DNA of 32,000 nt from Propionibacterium freudenreichii subsp. freudenreichii (GCF_000940845.1 NZ_CP010341.1:1770001-1802000), one strand, 5' to 3'. Counted from the stretch's first letter, positions 8,241 through 19,993 are shown. A program made the numbers and translations. The notes: generated from the letters alone by a model not told the origin.

Positions 8241-10637
8241 ATGTCAGCAGCTGTCAAAGAAGGGCTGCCTTCCTACACACCGGAGGAAGAGAAGCTCATC
8301 ATCCGCAATAAGGCGGGTGTACCCATCGGCGTCAAGCCGCATAACAAATGGACGGTCCGGAAGGTCATCGTGTGGGTGGTGATCACGGCCCTTGGAGTGC
8401 TCGGTTGGACAATGCTCGCCATCGTGCGCGGTGAGGAAGTGAACACGATCTGGTTCGTGGTCACCGCCGTGTGTACCTATGCCATTGCCTACCGGTTCTA
8501 CGGCCTGTATATCCAACGCAAGATCATGCGCCCCGACGACACGAATGCCACGCCGGCCGAGCGCATCAACAATGGCAAGGACTTCGACCCCACCAACCGG
8601 GTGGTGCTCTATGGCCACCACTTCGCGGCCATCGCCGGTGCCGGTCCGCTGGTCGGTCCGGTGCTCGCGGCCCAGATGGGCTACCTGCCCGGCACCCTGT
8701 GGATCATCCTCGGCGTCTGCGTCGCCGGTGCCGTGCAGGACATGCTCGTGCTGTTCTTCTCGATGCGCCGCGGCGGCCGCTCACTGGGCCAGATGGCCAC
8801 CGATGAGATCGGCCGGATCGGCGGCACCGTGGCAACCATCGCCGTGCTGGTGATGCTCATGATCGTGCTCGCCGTGCTCGCCATGGTCTGCGTGAATGCC
8901 CTGGCCGCCTCCCCCTGGGGCGTGTTCTCGGTGGGTTGCACCATCCCGATCGCCGTCGGCATGGGCCTGTGGCTGCGCTACATCTCGCCGGGCAAGATCA
9001 CCCAGGTGTCCATCGTCGGCTGCGCGCTGCTGATCGGCGTGATCATTGCCGGGCGCTGGGTCTCCACCTCCGCCTTCGGCAAGTACCTGCACCTGTCGCC
9101 CACCGCACTGGTGTGGGCGATGATCGTCTACGGCTTCTTCGCCGCGGTGTTGCCGGTGTGGGTGCTGCTCACCCCGCGCGACTACCTGTCCACCTTCATG
9201 AAGGTCGGCACCATCGTGGTGCTGGCCCTGGGCATCATCATCGTGCGGCCCATCGTCGAGATGCCGGCCGTCACCGAATTCGCCTCCAACACCGCCGGCC
9301 CCGTGTTCGCCGGCAAGCTGTTCCCCTTCCTGTTCATCACCATCGCCTGTGGGGCCCTGTCGGGCATGCATGCCATGGTCTCGTCGGGCACCACCCCGAA
9401 GATGATCCAGAAGGAATCACAAACCCGCATGATCGGCTACGGCGGCATGCTCATGGAGTCGTTCGTGGCCATCATGGCGCTGGCCGCGGCCGTGTCGCTC
9501 AACCAGGGCGTCTACTTCGGCATGAACACCTCTGAGGCCACCGTCGACAAGCTGGCCGGCCCCGCCGTGGTGCAGGCCGCCGACGGCAACCGCGAGCAGA
9601 TCACGGCCGAGGCCGTCGGGAACCTCGGCGTCACCGATGCCCATGGCAACAAGATCCAGGCCACCTGGGACTCGTGGGACGAGAACGGCAACGACAAGGT
9701 CTACTACGGTGCTGACGCCCTGAAGCAGGTGGCCAACGACGTGGGCGAGCCCTCCGTGGTCTCGCGCACCGGCGGCGCCCCGACCCTGGCTACCGGCATG
9801 GCGCACATCCTGCACCAGATCGGCGGCGGCAAGACGATGATGGGCTTCTGGTACCACTTCGCCATCATGTTCGAGGCGCTGTTCATCCTGTCCGCAGTGG
9901 ACGCGGTGACCCGAGTGGCCCGCTTCCAGGTGTCGGATGCGCTGGGCAATGCCTTCAAGAAGTTCAAGGATCCCTCGTGGCGCGTGGGCGCCTGGAGCAG
10001 TACCGCCCTGGTGGTGGCTGCCTGGGGCTCCCTGCTGCTGATGGGCGTCACCGATCCGCGTGGCGGCATCCAGACGTTGTATCCGCTGTTCGGCATTGCG
10101 AACCAGTTGATTGCCGCAGTGGCCCTGTTGTTGTGCACCGTCATGGTGATTCGCAAGGGCTACAAGAAGTACGTGTGGATTCCGCTGGTACCCTTCCTGT
10201 TCGACGCCGCGGTCACCTTCACCGCGTCGTGGGAGAAGATCTTCTCCACCGATCCACTGGTGGGCTATTGGCAGCAGTGGCGCAATGCCCGCAAGCTGCT
10301 GACGACGCTGACCGATCCGGCCAAGGTCGAGATCCAGAAGGCCATCATCCGCAATACCTTCATTCAGGGAACCCTGTCCATCGCCTTCCTGGCGGCGGTG
10401 GTGTTCGTGCTGATCTGCGCGATCATCCGCGTGGTGAAGGTATTGCGCACCGGTGGTACGACCACCTCGGAGGATCCGCACCAGGAGTCGAACTTCTTCG
10501 CCCCCGGCGGCTTGTTCGCCTCCAAGCTCGACAAGAAGCTGGTGGCCGAATACCACGAGGTGGGTGACCCGGCATTGATTCCCGGCCTGAAGAAGACCGA
10601 GCGCATCGCCGAGGAGAAGGCACGCCATGAGCATTGA
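8241..10637 (+). CDS. cstA: carbon starvation protein A (peptide/pyruvate transporter family)
   Basis: A large polytopic protein. 'YRFYGLYI...', 'HHFAAIAGAGPLVGPVLAAQMGYLPG' and 'LFPFLFITIACGALSGMHAMVSSGTTPKM' are CstA hallmarks. The ATG at 8241 is chosen over the track start at 8139. Confidence 0.9.
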   Translation: MSAAVKEGLPSYTPEEEKLIIRNKAGVPIGVKPHNKWTVRKVIVWVVITALGVLGWTMLAIVRGEEVNTIWFVVTAVCTYAIAYRFYGLYIQRKIMRPDDTNATPAERINNGKDFDPTNRVVLYGHHFAAIAGAGPLVGPVLAAQMGYLPGTLWIILGVCVAGAVQDMLVLFFSMRRGGRSLGQMATDEIGRIGGTVATIAVLVMLMIVLAVLAMVCVNALAASPWGVFSVGCTIPIAVGMGLWLRYISPGKITQVSIVGCALLIGVIIAGRWVSTSAFGKYLHLSPTALVWAMIVYGFFAAVLPVWVLLTPRDYLSTFMKVGTIVVLALGIIIVRPIVEMPAVTEFASNTAGPVFAGKLFPFLFITIACGALSGMHAMVSSGTTPKMIQKESQTRMIGYGGMLMESFVAIMALAAAVSLNQGVYFGMNTSEATVDKLAGPAVVQAADGNREQITAEAVGNLGVTDAHGNKIQATWDSWDENGNDKVYYGADALKQVANDVGEPSVVSRTGGAPTLATGMAHILHQIGGGKTMMGFWYHFAIMFEALFILSAVDAVTRVARFQVSDALGNAFKKFKDPSWRVGAWSSTALVVAAWGSLLLMGVTDPRGGIQTLYPLFGIANQLIAAVALLLCTVMVIRKGYKKYVWIPLVPFLFDAAVTFTASWEKIFSTDPLVGYWQQWRNARKLLTTLTDPAKVEIQKAIIRNTFIQGTLSIAFLAAVVFVLICAIIRVVKVLRTGGTTTSEDPHQESNFFAPGGLFASKLDKKLVAEYHEVGDPALIPGLKKTERIAEEKARHEH

Positions 10638-10842
10638 CACTGCTCACCGCCTGCGCCGGCTCGCCGACACACTGGCGGGCTGGCGTGAGCTGTGGCGCGA
10701 CTTCACCGGAGAATCGGCTTACGACCACTACGTCGAACGCCATGAGCGTGAGCATCCCGACCACGCGCCGATGAGCGCCCGGGAGTTCTGGCGGTGGCGG
10801 GCCGACTTCGATGAACAGAATGTGTCGACGGGCTGCTGCTGA
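10627..10842 (+). CDS. ybdD: YbdD/YjiX-family small protein (CstA-associated, DUF466)
   Basis: It overlaps the cstA 3' end by 11 nt. 'YDHYVERHEREHPDHAPMSAREFWRWR' and the C-terminal '...GCC' match the YbdD/YjiX family, which is normally paired with cstA. Confidence 0.8.
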   Translation: MSIDTAHRLRRLADTLAGWRELWRDFTGESAYDHYVERHEREHPDHAPMSAREFWRWRADFDEQNVSTGCC

Positions 10843-10845
10843 GGG

Positions 10846-11766
10846 TCAGTCAGCCGCAGCGATGTCGGCACGCACGACGGTGAGGATGTCACGCACCAGG
10901 CGCGATGACGTCAGGGCGCTCTGCCAGATGGCGCACAATGGTCGCTTCGGCGGATCGTGCGCCCAGGGCACCACGACGACGTCCCCGGTGCGGGCATTCT
11001 CACCGATCGTGAGTTCGCTGAGCACCGCCGGTCCGAGGCCGGCCGCGACGGCACGCACGATGGCCGTGTTCGAATCGAACTCCGCTGCCGGGCTTGCCCG
11101 GTGTGGCAGCACCGTGTCCACCATGGAGCGCGTTCCCGACCCGGGTTCGCGCTCCACGAGGTGCGCGGCGGCCAGGTCGTCCAAGCCGACCGGACGCCCC
11201 ACCCAGAGATGGTTCGGCGGCGCGATCACCACCAGCCGGTCATAGAGCAGGATCTCGTGGGCCAGACCCACCGGCGGGGTTGGCACCTCGACGAAGCCCA
11301 ACGGCACCTCACCGGCGCGCACCTGTTGGATCACGGCATCGGAATTCCCCACGTGGAACGATACCTGCAGGTCACCCCGCTGCCCTGCCAGTGCGCCCAA
11401 CCAACCTGGCACGAGTTGCTCCCCCACGGTGCGGCTGGCGGCAAGGCGCACATGCCCGGGCGTGCCCCGCGACAGGTCATGGGCCAGCGATTCCAACTGG
11501 TCGTAGGCCTTGAGCACCAGGCGCGCCTGCGCAGCCAGCGCCAGTCCCTCCGGGGTGAGCGACGATCCCAATGCGGTGCGTCGCAACAACAGGCAACCCA
11601 ATCGCCCCTCCACGCCGGCCAACGCCCGTGAGGCGCTGGGCTGACTGACGCCGCAGGCCCGGGCCGCCGCCCCCACTCCGCCGAGGTCCTCCACCAACAC
11701 CAACAGGCGCAGCACGGCGGGGGTGAGGCTACGATCGAGTGGATGGGTCGCCCCGTCAGTGGTCAT
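10846..11766 (-). CDS. LysR-family transcriptional regulator (YeiE-like, divergent from yeiH)
   Basis: N-terminal wHTH 'LLVLVEDLGGVGAAARACGVSQPSASRALAGVEGRLGCLLLRR' plus a LysR substrate-binding region. ATG at 11766. It is divergently paired with a YeiH-family gene, as in E. coli yeiE/yeiH. Confidence 0.85.
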   Translation of the reverse strand: MTTDGATHPLDRSLTPAVLRLLVLVEDLGGVGAAARACGVSQPSASRALAGVEGRLGCLLLRRTALGSSLTPEGLALAAQARLVLKAYDQLESLAHDLSRGTPGHVRLAASRTVGEQLVPGWLGALAGQRGDLQVSFHVGNSDAVIQQVRAGEVPLGFVEVPTPPVGLAHEILLYDRLVVIAPPNHLWVGRPVGLDDLAAAHLVEREPGSGTRSMVDTVLPHRASPAAEFDSNTAIVRAVAAGLGPAVLSELTIGENARTGDVVVVPWAHDPPKRPLCAIWQSALTSSRLVRDILTVVRADIAAAD

Positions 11767-11835
11767 GCAAAAAGTGTATGACCTGATGCGGGGATCCATC
11801 GAGCAGGGTGGCCAACCCCCGTAGACATGTGACTC

Positions 11836-12918
11836 GTGGACAACCAATCAAGCGAAGTGCTCGACATCGAACCACCACTGGCCGCAGAGCTGGCGGACGC
11901 CCCGGGGCCGGGCAGGCGATCGCGCGTCTCACGCGACTTCTGGCCCGGACTGGGATTGTGCGCCGCCGTCGGCCTGGCCGTGCTCGCGTTGGGTTCGGTG
12001 GTGCCGAGCCTGAGCCCCATGCTGGTGGCGATCCTGGCGGGCATCGTGCTGCGCAATGTGGTGCCGATCCACGCCGCCCTGGAGCCCGGCATCGCGCTGG
12101 CCGCCAAGCGGGTGCTGCGCTGGGGCGTGGTGCTGCTCGGCCTGCAGGTTTCCATTCCGACCATCATCGGGCTCGGACCCGGCGTGCTGGTGATCGTCAC
12201 CTGCGCGGTGGCCATCACCTTCTGTTCGACGCTGGCCATGGGCAGGCTGCTCAGGATGGACCGCGACATGTACACCCTGATTGCCGCCGGCTTCTCCATC
12301 TGCGGAGCCGCTGCCGTGGCCGGGATGCAGGGCACGATCCGGGCCAGCGAAGAGAAGGTGGCCGCTGCCGTGGCCCTGGTGGTGCTCTACGGCACGCTCA
12401 TGATCCCGGCCACCGCGGGGCTGGCCGCGCTGCTGGGCTTCGGGCCGGGGGACGCCGGCACGCTGATCGGCGCATCCACCCACGAAGTGGCCCAGGTGGT
12501 CGCGGCTGCCGGGATCGCCGGCGGCGGGCCCTTGTTGGCCGTGGCCGTCACGGTGAAGCTTGCCAGGGTGTCCCTGATGGCGCCGGTGGTGGCCGGAGTG
12601 TCACTGTTGCGCAACCACTGTGCCACGCGCGTGCCGGGTCAGAAGCGTCCGGCCCTCATGCCGCTGTTCGTGGTCGGATTCATCGTCATGATCCTGGTGG
12701 CCTCCATCGGCATCGTGCCGGCGCCGGTGCTGGGCGGCGTCAAGCTCGTACAGCAGTTCCTGTTGGCCACGGCGATGTTCGCCCTCGGCCTGGGCGTGCA
12801 TGTTAAGTCGCTGATGAAGCTGGGTGCACGTCCGGTGCTGCTCGGCCTGTTCGCCACGGTGGTGATCATGGCGGTGGTCTTCGCGGGCATCTTCCTGGGG
12901 CTGGGGGCAAACATCTGA
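11836..12918 (+). CDS. yeiH: YeiH/UPF0324-family membrane protein (putative sulfate-exporter family)
   Basis: Polytopic, with the 'GFSICGAAAVAG' motif typical of the family. GTG start at 11836; the start is uncertain. Confidence 0.8.
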   Translation: MDNQSSEVLDIEPPLAAELADAPGPGRRSRVSRDFWPGLGLCAAVGLAVLALGSVVPSLSPMLVAILAGIVLRNVVPIHAALEPGIALAAKRVLRWGVVLLGLQVSIPTIIGLGPGVLVIVTCAVAITFCSTLAMGRLLRMDRDMYTLIAAGFSICGAAAVAGMQGTIRASEEKVAAAVALVVLYGTLMIPATAGLAALLGFGPGDAGTLIGASTHEVAQVVAAAGIAGGGPLLAVAVTVKLARVSLMAPVVAGVSLLRNHCATRVPGQKRPALMPLFVVGFIVMILVASIGIVPAPVLGGVKLVQQFLLATAMFALGLGVHVKSLMKLGARPVLLGLFATVVIMAVVFAGIFLGLGANI

Positions 12919-12937
12919 CGACCCACCCCCCGATACC

Positions 12938-12974
12938 GGGTGTGAGCTGCACCATGCCGGTGCGGCTCACACCC
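12938..12974. terminator. 16-bp-stem hairpin between convergent yeiH and moeZ
   Basis: GGGTGTGAGCTGCACC (12938-12953) pairs with GGTGCGGCTCACACCC (12959-12974) with one mismatch (U-G on the + transcript). The loop is ATGCC. Confidence 0.6.
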
Positions 12975-12985
12975 CCATGCTGGGG

Positions 12986-16522
<3,537 letters not shown>

Positions 16523-16697
16523 ATTCCTGACCGCCCCATTTCGATGTGGATGAACAGTGCTCGTCGGGGCCCAACCACCATGGTTGCGCGGGCGCGACGA
16601 GGAGCTGCTGGCTTGCAACGGCAAAACCGTACCCCGGTTCGGGCCGCGTGGGGACGCTGCTCGCGGTAACGGAAGGCCGGTTCGTACACTCGTCACC

Positions 16698-17345
16698 ATG
16701 ACTTCACGCAACCGTCAATGGCGGCTCGGGCGCCTGGGGCGTTCACGGCTGTACCTGTGCACCGATTCCAGGGGGTCCCTGGACGATTTCGCCGCCTTCG
16801 TCGAAGCCGCCTACGCCGGTGGGGTCGACATCATCCAGCTGCGTGACAAGCACATCGACGCCCTGTCGGAGCTGCGCTTCCTGAGCGTGCTGCGCGACGC
16901 GGCGCTGCGCCACGATGCCCTGTTCGCCGTGAACGACCGGGCCGACATTGCCGCCGTCAGCGATGCCGACATCGTGCATGTGGGCCAGGACGACCTTCCG
17001 GTGGCTGAAACCCGGCAGGTGGTGGGGCGCGAGGTGCTCATCGGACGCTCGACCCATTCTGTGGACCAGGCACGTGAGGCACGGCTTGCCGACACCGACT
17101 ACTACTGCATCGGACCCGTATGGGCCACCCCCACCAAGCAGGGACGCCCCGGAGTCGGCGTGGATGCAGTACGCGCGGTGGCCCAACAGGCCGACGACAA
17201 GCCCTGGTTCGGCATCGGTGGGGTCAATGCCCAGAACCTGGCGCAGGTGACCGACGCCGGAGCGACCCGGATCGTGGTGGTGCGTGCACTCACCGGCGCC
17301 GATGACCCGGCGGCCGCAGCACGCGAACTCTTGGCACGTCTCTAG
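16698..17345 (+). CDS. thiE: thiamine-phosphate synthase
   Basis: 'RLYLCTD...GGVDIIQLRDKH', 'VHVGQDD' and 'YYCIGPVWATPTK...FGIGGV' are ThiE motifs. ATG at 16698. It is divergent from thiO. Confidence 0.9.
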   Translation: MTSRNRQWRLGRLGRSRLYLCTDSRGSLDDFAAFVEAAYAGGVDIIQLRDKHIDALSELRFLSVLRDAALRHDALFAVNDRADIAAVSDADIVHVGQDDLPVAETRQVVGREVLIGRSTHSVDQAREARLADTDYYCIGPVWATPTKQGRPGVGVDAVRAVAQQADDKPWFGIGGVNAQNLAQVTDAGATRIVVVRALTGADDPAAAARELLARL

Positions 17346-17372
17346 CTGCTGGCGCGTCTCTAGCTGCTGGCG
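17337..17372. repeat. perfect 18-bp tandem duplication CGTCTCTAGCTGCTGGCG x2 spanning the thiE stop codon
   Basis: The units occupy 17337-17354 and 17355-17372. The first contains the thiE TAG (17343-17345). Confidence 0.9.
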
Positions 17373-17444
17373 TTCCGGCGGCACTGCCTTCCGCACGACG
17401 GTCGACCAATATGATCACGAATTCGGCGCCTGAATCGTGGACAT

Positions 17445-17475
17445 TTGACGCGCCCCGCTATTTCCTGCTTATATT
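17445..17475 (+). promoter_or_regulatory. candidate sigma-70-type promoter (TTGACG ... TATATT)
   Basis: TTGACG lies at 17445-17450 and TATATT at 17470-17475 (19-nt spacer; TTATAT at 18 nt is an alternative). It sits in the only A/T-rich patch of a 480-bp gene-free gap. Confidence 0.35.
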
Positions 17476-17857
17476 TCATTCATGAACTCGCCTGCCCGCC
17501 GCGGTCTCGCCGTCTGCGCGACGCCGCTTGAGCGCTGTTGTTGCGCCCCGAGCACCGTTTCCTGCTGTTGATCTGCTGAACCGCTGATCCGGCGGAAGAC
17601 CTGCTCGTCGTGCGCCTGCGGGCACGCATATCCCCGCGTGAACCACCTTCGGCGACGCCTTCACGGGAACCACGCCCGGGGGCCCGGCTCCGGGCGTGGC
17701 ACTGCGACGCATCGACCATCACGCTGGTGAGGGCCAGCACGTCGGTGAAATCCGGAATTCCTTCGCGAGGGTAATCAGGAAGTTCCCTCGGAATTGACCG
17801 CGCCCGCGCACGCACTCCGCTCATGATTCAATCCACCCCACATTCATGGAGATTCCC
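17476..17857 (+). promoter_or_regulatory. long structured 5' leader (candidate cis-regulatory RNA, class not recognised)
   Basis: There is a 10-bp-stem hairpin at 17670-17699 (CCACGCCCGG/CCGGGCGTGG). Two mutually exclusive pairings follow. In one, GGAATTCC (17754-17761) pairs with GGAAGTTCC (17778-17786). In the other, CGAGGG (17766-17771) pairs with CCCTCG (17785-17790), extended by GAATT (17756-17760, within GAATTC 17755-17760) pairing with GAATT (17791-17795). There is no convincing ORF. Confidence 0.35.
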
Positions 17858-18031
17858 ATGTCATTTTCACCCACCCCCGCACAACCTGCGGAAACCACCC
17901 ACCGCTCACCCGACGATCCCGACGGCGCCGGCAAGTTCTCGGTCAGCGAGGACTGGTTGGCCGTGGTCGTCGGCCTCGTGTTGCTCGCCCTCGCCCTCAC
18001 CGGCGTGATCCCGGCGGGACTCATCCCATGA
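17858..18031 (+). CDS. small single-TM protein, translationally coupled to the downstream YeiH-family gene
   Basis: ATG at 17858 is preceded by GGAGA with a 5-nt spacer (the track start at 17846 lacks an SD). The C-terminal 'WLAVVVGLVLLALALTGVIPAGLI' is one TM helix. Its stop overlaps the next ATG (ATGA at 18028-18031). Confidence 0.45.
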   Translation: MSFSPTPAQPAETTHRSPDDPDGAGKFSVSEDWLAVVVGLVLLALALTGVIPAGLIP

Positions 18032-19191
18032 GCCGCGTCGAACCGGACGTCGGGGCAATCGAGCTGCCGGCCCGCGACGCCGCCCTGCTCGGGCCATCGG
18101 ATGATGAATCCGTCGTGGGCCGACTCGGCTGGGCCATTGGCGGCTTCGCCATCGTCATCGCGCTCGGCGTGCTGGTCGGCGTCCTGAGCGAAGGGGTGCC
18201 CACCTGGACGAAGGGCACCGGCTTCGGGAAGGTCGCCGGATCCATCGAGTTCCCTGTGTACGCAATCATCGTCGGGCTCGCCGGCAACGGCCTGCTCAGC
18301 GCCCTGCATGTGCGCGAGCGCCCCTCGGGAGGCTTCCGCACGGAGTTCCTCATCAAGACCGGACTGGTGTTGCTGGGCGCCTCGATCAACTTCTCGGTGA
18401 TCGTGCGGGCCGCTGGTCCCGCCGTGGCCCAGGCCGTGCTGTTGATCAGCTCGGTCTTCTTCGCCACCTGGTGGATCGGTGGCAAGTTCGGCCTGGATGA
18501 CCGACTCCGGGCGCTCCTGTCGACCGCCGCCTCCATTTGCGGTGTCTCGGCAGCCATCGCGGCCGCCGGCGCGGTGAAGGCCAAGAAGGAACACCTGGCC
18601 TATACGGCCAGCCTGGTGATCCTGTTCGCCCTGCCCTCGATCTTCCTGCTGCCCTGGCTGGCCGGGGTGCTGGGGCTCAGCCCGGCCGTGACCGGTGCAT
18701 GGATCGGCGGGAACATCGACACGACGGCGGCGGTGACCGCGGCCGGCACCCTGGCCGGCGAGGGTCCGCTGCAGATCGCGGCGATCGTCAAGTCAACGCA
18801 GAATGCGTTGTTGGGCGTGGCAGCCATCGCACTCACCGTGTATTCCACCTTCAAGGTGGAGCGCACCGAGGACAGCCCCCGGCCGACGGCGAGGGTGTTC
18901 TGGAATCGCTTCCCCAAGTTCATCCTGGGGTTCCTGGCCGCCTCGGTGGCTGCGACGATCTATGCCGGTGCGGTTCCCGCTGAGGTCTCGAAGGCCGCCA
19001 TCGGGGTGGCCAACAACCTGCGCACCTGGTTCCTGATCTTCGCCTTCGTCAGCATCGGACTGGAGTTCAACATCTCCTCGATCAAGCAGGCCGGTTGGCG
19101 GCCGGTGGCCGTGTTCGGCTCGGCCTTCACGGTGAACCTGGTGGTCGGCCTGGTGCTGGCCCTGCTGCTATGGAGCGGCTTCACGATCTGA
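18028..19191 (+). CDS. YeiH/UPF0324-family membrane protein, second copy (putative sulfate-exporter family)
   Basis: Polytopic, with 'TAASICGVSAAIAAAGAV' matching the family SICG motif and 'FLIFAFVSIGLEF' near the C-terminus. It is a distant paralog of 11836-12918. Confidence 0.8.
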   Translation: MSRVEPDVGAIELPARDAALLGPSDDESVVGRLGWAIGGFAIVIALGVLVGVLSEGVPTWTKGTGFGKVAGSIEFPVYAIIVGLAGNGLLSALHVRERPSGGFRTEFLIKTGLVLLGASINFSVIVRAAGPAVAQAVLLISSVFFATWWIGGKFGLDDRLRALLSTAASICGVSAAIAAAGAVKAKKEHLAYTASLVILFALPSIFLLPWLAGVLGLSPAVTGAWIGGNIDTTAAVTAAGTLAGEGPLQIAAIVKSTQNALLGVAAIALTVYSTFKVERTEDSPRPTARVFWNRFPKFILGFLAASVAATIYAGAVPAEVSKAAIGVANNLRTWFLIFAFVSIGLEFNISSIKQAGWRPVAVFGSAFTVNLVVGLVLALLLWSGFTI

Positions 19192-19213
19192 GCGTCCCCG
19201 CCATCAGACCAGC

Positions 19214-19270
19214 CCCACCGATTGGTTCATCCAGCTTGGTTCACCCAGCGATCGGTTCACCCACCGATTG
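19214..19270. repeat. tandem repeat with a roughly 14-16-bp unit, about 3.7 copies (GTTCAYCCA-N-CGATYG)
   Basis: GGTTCAYCCA lies at 19224, 19238 and 19254. CCCACCGATTG lies at 19214-19224 and 19260-19270. The array overlaps the stop (19257-19259) of the minus-strand ACR3/SBF-like gene. Confidence 0.8.
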
Positions 19271-19982
19271 CCCGCACGTCCTGGCCCGGAGCACCCCGCC
19301 CCGGGCCAGGACGTTGCCGGATGAGCCGCGGGATCACGCGGACGAAGGTGACCATGCCGAGCAGTTCTACCAGCGTCTGGGTGACCACCACCGACGCGGC
19401 CAGGGCCATCTCCGGCGGCAGTGCGAGCGCCAGGGGCAGGACGACCAGCGAGTTGCGGGTCGACCCGGTGAATGCCAACGTGCGACGGATCACCACGGGC
19501 TGGCCGCCGAGGCGTCCGATCAGGTTGGCAAGCACGGGCATCACCACCAGGAAACCCACGAACAGCGGAACCACCCGCACCAGCAGCCCGAACTGGGCGG
19601 CCACATGGCCGAACTGGGAGGCCACGACCACCATCAGGGTGCCCATCATCAGGGGCACCATGGCTGACTCCATCGCCCGCATCACCACCCGGGCAGCCCC
19701 CTGACGCCGGGCCAGTTGCTGGGTGAGCACCGACAACACCAGCGGCACCACGATGAGCAAGAGGAAGGCCCGCGCGAAGGGCGCCCAATGGATCGCAGCC
19801 ACCACCGCCCCGCCCGCGAACAACCACAGGAACAACGGCAACAGCAGCATCTGCACGGGCGAGGCTGCCACCGGGCGACTCAGGGCGAACACGACGAGCG
19901 GCACGACCACGAAGTTGGGCACCACCGCACACGCCATGAACCTGACATCGGCAAAGGCCGCCCGGGCCGATAGCGCCGCCAT
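19257..19982 (-). CDS. ACR3/SBF-like ('arsenic resistance protein'/bile acid:Na+ symporter fold) membrane protein, possibly 5'-truncated
   Basis: 'LAFTGSTRNSLVVLPLALAL' and 'PNFVVVPLVVFAL' resemble this family. The only plausible start (ATG at 19982) gives 241 aa, whereas I remember family members as roughly 300-350 aa. The upstream in-frame extension is Arg/Cys/Ser-rich and overlaps glpD. Confidence 0.55.
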   Translation of the reverse strand: MAALSARAAFADVRFMACAVVPNFVVVPLVVFALSRPVAASPVQMLLLPLFLWLFAGGAVVAAIHWAPFARAFLLLIVVPLVLSVLTQQLARRQGAARVVMRAMESAMVPLMMGTLMVVVASQFGHVAAQFGLLVRVVPLFVGFLVVMPVLANLIGRLGGQPVVIRRTLAFTGSTRNSLVVLPLALALPPEMALAASVVVTQTLVELLGMVTFVRVIPRLIRQRPGPGRGAPGQDVRAIGG

Positions 19983-19993
19983 CCTGCGAACCC

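Noticed and set aside
10840-10842. Possible selenocysteine read-through of the ybdD TGA, because the family is sometimes annotated as a (seleno)protein
   Set aside because: The protein already ends with the family-typical '...GCC'. Read-through would run antisense into the LysR gene 3' end. I saw no SECIS-like hairpin.
16523-16697. Possible TPP riboswitch, suggested by fragments such as GAACCGGGGUACGGUUUUGCCGU on the minus strand and GGGGACGC on the plus strand
   Set aside because: The conserved CUGAGA, ACCUGA and GCGnAGGGA elements and the P2/P3 arrangement are absent on both strands. I reported it as an absence to be tested rather than as a feature.
17690-17800. Possible cobalamin riboswitch, suggested by GGTGAGGG...GGTGAAATCCGG and GGCACTG
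   Set aside because: The GGGAA and GCCACUG core boxes are not intact, and the elements occur in the wrong order relative to the cobalamin consensus. TPP-like fragments at 17575-17600 (GAACCGCTGATCCGGCGGAAGA) also lack the P5 hairpin.
17480-17824. 114-aa minus-strand ORF inside the long leader region
   Set aside because: The second half is an Arg/Ser-rich junk-like sequence. There is no SD sequence, and the ORF is antisense to the direction of the flanking operon. I treated it as non-coding, but it is not excluded.
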